From a virus (lineage: Duplodnaviria > Caudoviricetes), in IMG/VR virus record IMGVR_UViG_3300028586_000049, positions 1-37,846 of that record: a stretch of DNA of 37,846 nt; one strand, written 5' to 3'. Positions 36,171 through 37,846 of this stretch are shown piece by piece. The position numbers and the translations under genes were made by a program. Within the stretch, counting starts at the first letter, position 1. Each line of letters opens with the position of its first letter. The notes beneath the pieces are model-generated. The model saw only the letters and a program-made list of their open reading frames with translations, was not told the DNA's origin and did not search any database.

Positions 36171-37103
36171 ATGAGTGATACAGGCTTTGCGATGTTGCTG
36201 AGCAATGTCAAAATTGAACCAGGCCTATTGCCATTTGAAATTGAACCTAAAATAACCATCGTTACGGCCGACGAGTTCCATTCGGCCGAGTTCGTAAAAA
36301 TGATGGCGGCTGGCGGGTATTTTTCTCGCGGCACGGTACCGTTCCAAGCTGAGGTCGTAGAAATCGAGCAGGATGGATGGCGGCGTAGAGAATACCGTGC
36401 TCTTCCTGACGCGGTTCAATATGCAATCGAGTTTAGTGGCTATAACGAACATTTGGTGAACCTTCAGTATGCAGGGCTGCTTGCGTCACCAAAGTTCAGA
36501 TTTGGAATGGAATCGGCGTATCGTGATCCGGGTAAGAAGGTCGTAGGTATACAACAGATGCTTTCCTATCATCAGCTTGAGCTGATGAGCGAAGGTAATA
36601 AACAGCCATACGCACATATTGACGAAACTTACCTGAATAATCTAAGTCATTATCATGGTAAGATTGCAAAGGGCTTCGCAGAGGGGTCGAGGGTAAGTAG
36701 GGCACTCGGTCTTTATGCGAATACAGACAGGTTGGAGACCGAATCCGCATTGCTCACGCTGTCGTATTTTTCGATCATCGAGTCTCTAGTCACTAATGGT
36801 CGAAGTGGCGGCGAAAGCATCACTAATCAGCTGAAGCATAAACTTCAATTAATTCTCCGTCGTGTTATTGGCGCTCCCGATGGCTCGACAATGTTCGGCG
36901 GAATGAAGTATGAAAAACTCTGGTCCAAGCTTTACTGTTTTCGAAGTGACATCGCGCATGGTAATAACTATGATTTTGTAAAAGACTACTCGGCGCTTGA
37001 TTCAATTACTCGTGTTAATCTCTATCTCGACGGCGTGGTAGCTGCACTTATCCGTTTGGCAATTGATGAGCCCGTACTCGTTGAGGATCTTCGCGTTTGC
37101 TAA
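36171..37103 (+). CDS. ApeA-like HEPN domain protein (putative RNase)
   Basis: C-terminal L.YFSIIESL...KL...LY..RSDIAHG (Rx4H); AT-richer; start placed at MSDTG. Confidence 0.8.
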   Translation: MSDTGFAMLLSNVKIEPGLLPFEIEPKITIVTADEFHSAEFVKMMAAGGYFSRGTVPFQAEVVEIEQDGWRRREYRALPDAVQYAIEFSGYNEHLVNLQYAGLLASPKFRFGMESAYRDPGKKVVGIQQMLSYHQLELMSEGNKQPYAHIDETYLNNLSHYHGKIAKGFAEGSRVSRALGLYANTDRLETESALLTLSYFSIIESLVTNGRSGGESITNQLKHKLQLILRRVIGAPDGSTMFGGMKYEKLWSKLYCFRSDIAHGNNYDFVKDYSALDSITRVNLYLDGVVAALIRLAIDEPVLVEDLRVC

Positions 37104-37301
37104 TGGATGTGATTGATTGTATTTGGGGCTTACCAATTATGCTCAAATGGCATCATCTGCGCTGACCAGCCAAGGACAAGCATATTCAACGGCACATAAA
37201 TGTAACGTGCTACCTTCAGTAATGTTTCGGGCCTAAGAGCTGCAGGAGTATAAAAACGGATGGCCATGATTCAACCGGTTTTTGTTTTTTAGACGACCCC
37301 C

Positions 37302-37468
37302 ACGTCGCCCGCCCAAGGTTCAAGCGTGCGAGGGTTCTGAAACACTTCTGCTTGTGTGACTTCTGGGCTTTCAATGCTTCAATGGCGGGCTTTAGCAGCT
37401 TTAGCAGCTTTAGCAGCTTTACAGCTCTGCGCTCGGCCGCTGTTTTTGTTATGTCGGCCTTGCTCTTT
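37302..37468 (-). pseudogene. Frameshifted fragment of a phage tyrosine integrase
   Basis: TKTAAERRAVKLL...KPAIEALKAQKSH, then in another frame AEVFQNPRTLEPWAGD; resembles the recalled core of Pseudomonas phage integrases. Confidence 0.6.
37391..37420. repeat. 9-bp tandem repeat (TTTAGCAGC x3)
   Basis: Directly visible; gives KLL-KLL-KLL in the remnant. Confidence 0.9.
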
Positions 37469-37635
37469 GCCGGCTGGTTCTCAGCCCTGCCGGCCTCGAT
37501 ACTGACGGGAGGTCGGGCATTGATCGTCAAAAACTTGATGCCAGATAACCATGGGTCTTGAATGGAGAGACTGATTCTCATCAGTGGGGCAGCCGCAAGG
37601 TGGGGCTGTTCCTGAATAACGACTCGGGAGCGATC

Positions 37636-37846
37636 ATGGAAATGACTGCAGATGGAGTGTATTGCAACACGCTCGTCGCCGTGTTTCATGCGGCATTCCG
37701 GCTTGGCTTTGATCCGTATGCTTTGGCGGTACAGGCCAAGCTTGATGTGGCGAGCTATCTTGAAATGCCACCGATGCTTTTGTTTGAAAGCGCAGAACGG
37801 GTGATTGATGAATCACTGCTAGTCGCAAAGCTGATCAACGAACGGT
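37636..37846 (+). CDS. Hypothetical protein, truncated by the window end
   Basis: GGGAG before ATG; frame open for 70 codons (MEMTADGVYCNTLVAVFHAAFRLGFDPYAL...); absent from the ORF track. Confidence 0.6.
   Translation, partial: MEMTADGVYCNTLVAVFHAAFRLGFDPYALAVQAKLDVASYLEMPPMLLFESAERVIDESLLVAKLINER

Larger units (their letters stand above)
1..37470. mobile_element. Lambdoid siphovirus prophage (left end outside window; right end approximate)
   Basis: Ordered immunity, replication, Q, lysis, packaging, head, tail and lysis modules; att sites not identified. Confidence 0.95.

Noticed and set aside
37216-37689. 157-aa minus-strand ORF as a real gene
   Set aside because: Appears to be a chance read-through of an integrase fragment and overlaps a better-supported + strand gene starting at 37636

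Overview
The window is most of a temperate lambdoid (siphovirus) prophage, most likely from a Pseudomonas host (judged from recalled protein families, not a search). From left to right it holds the start of the early-left operon, the cI/cro switch with 3+3 ATAAC-N4-GTTAT operators, an O-like initiator with iterons plus DnaB, and a nin-like region containing an apparently intact tyrosine recombinase. Next come Q, holin plus a first spanin pair, HNH/TerS/TerL, an HK97-type head with a protease-capsid fusion placed before the portal, a lambda-like tail (tube, frameshifted chaperone, tape measure, M/L/K/I/J, fibre), and a distal endolysin with a second spanin pair. Several AT-richer accessory genes (morons) are inserted. 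The most notable locus is at the right end: a soluble TIR domain fused to an RsiV/DUF3298-like (lysozyme-binding family) domain, divergent from an ApeA-like HEPN gene. This is a candidate anti-phage system that may sense phage lytic enzymes. An integrase remnant follows. All family calls come from motif recognition by eye; no database search was run.
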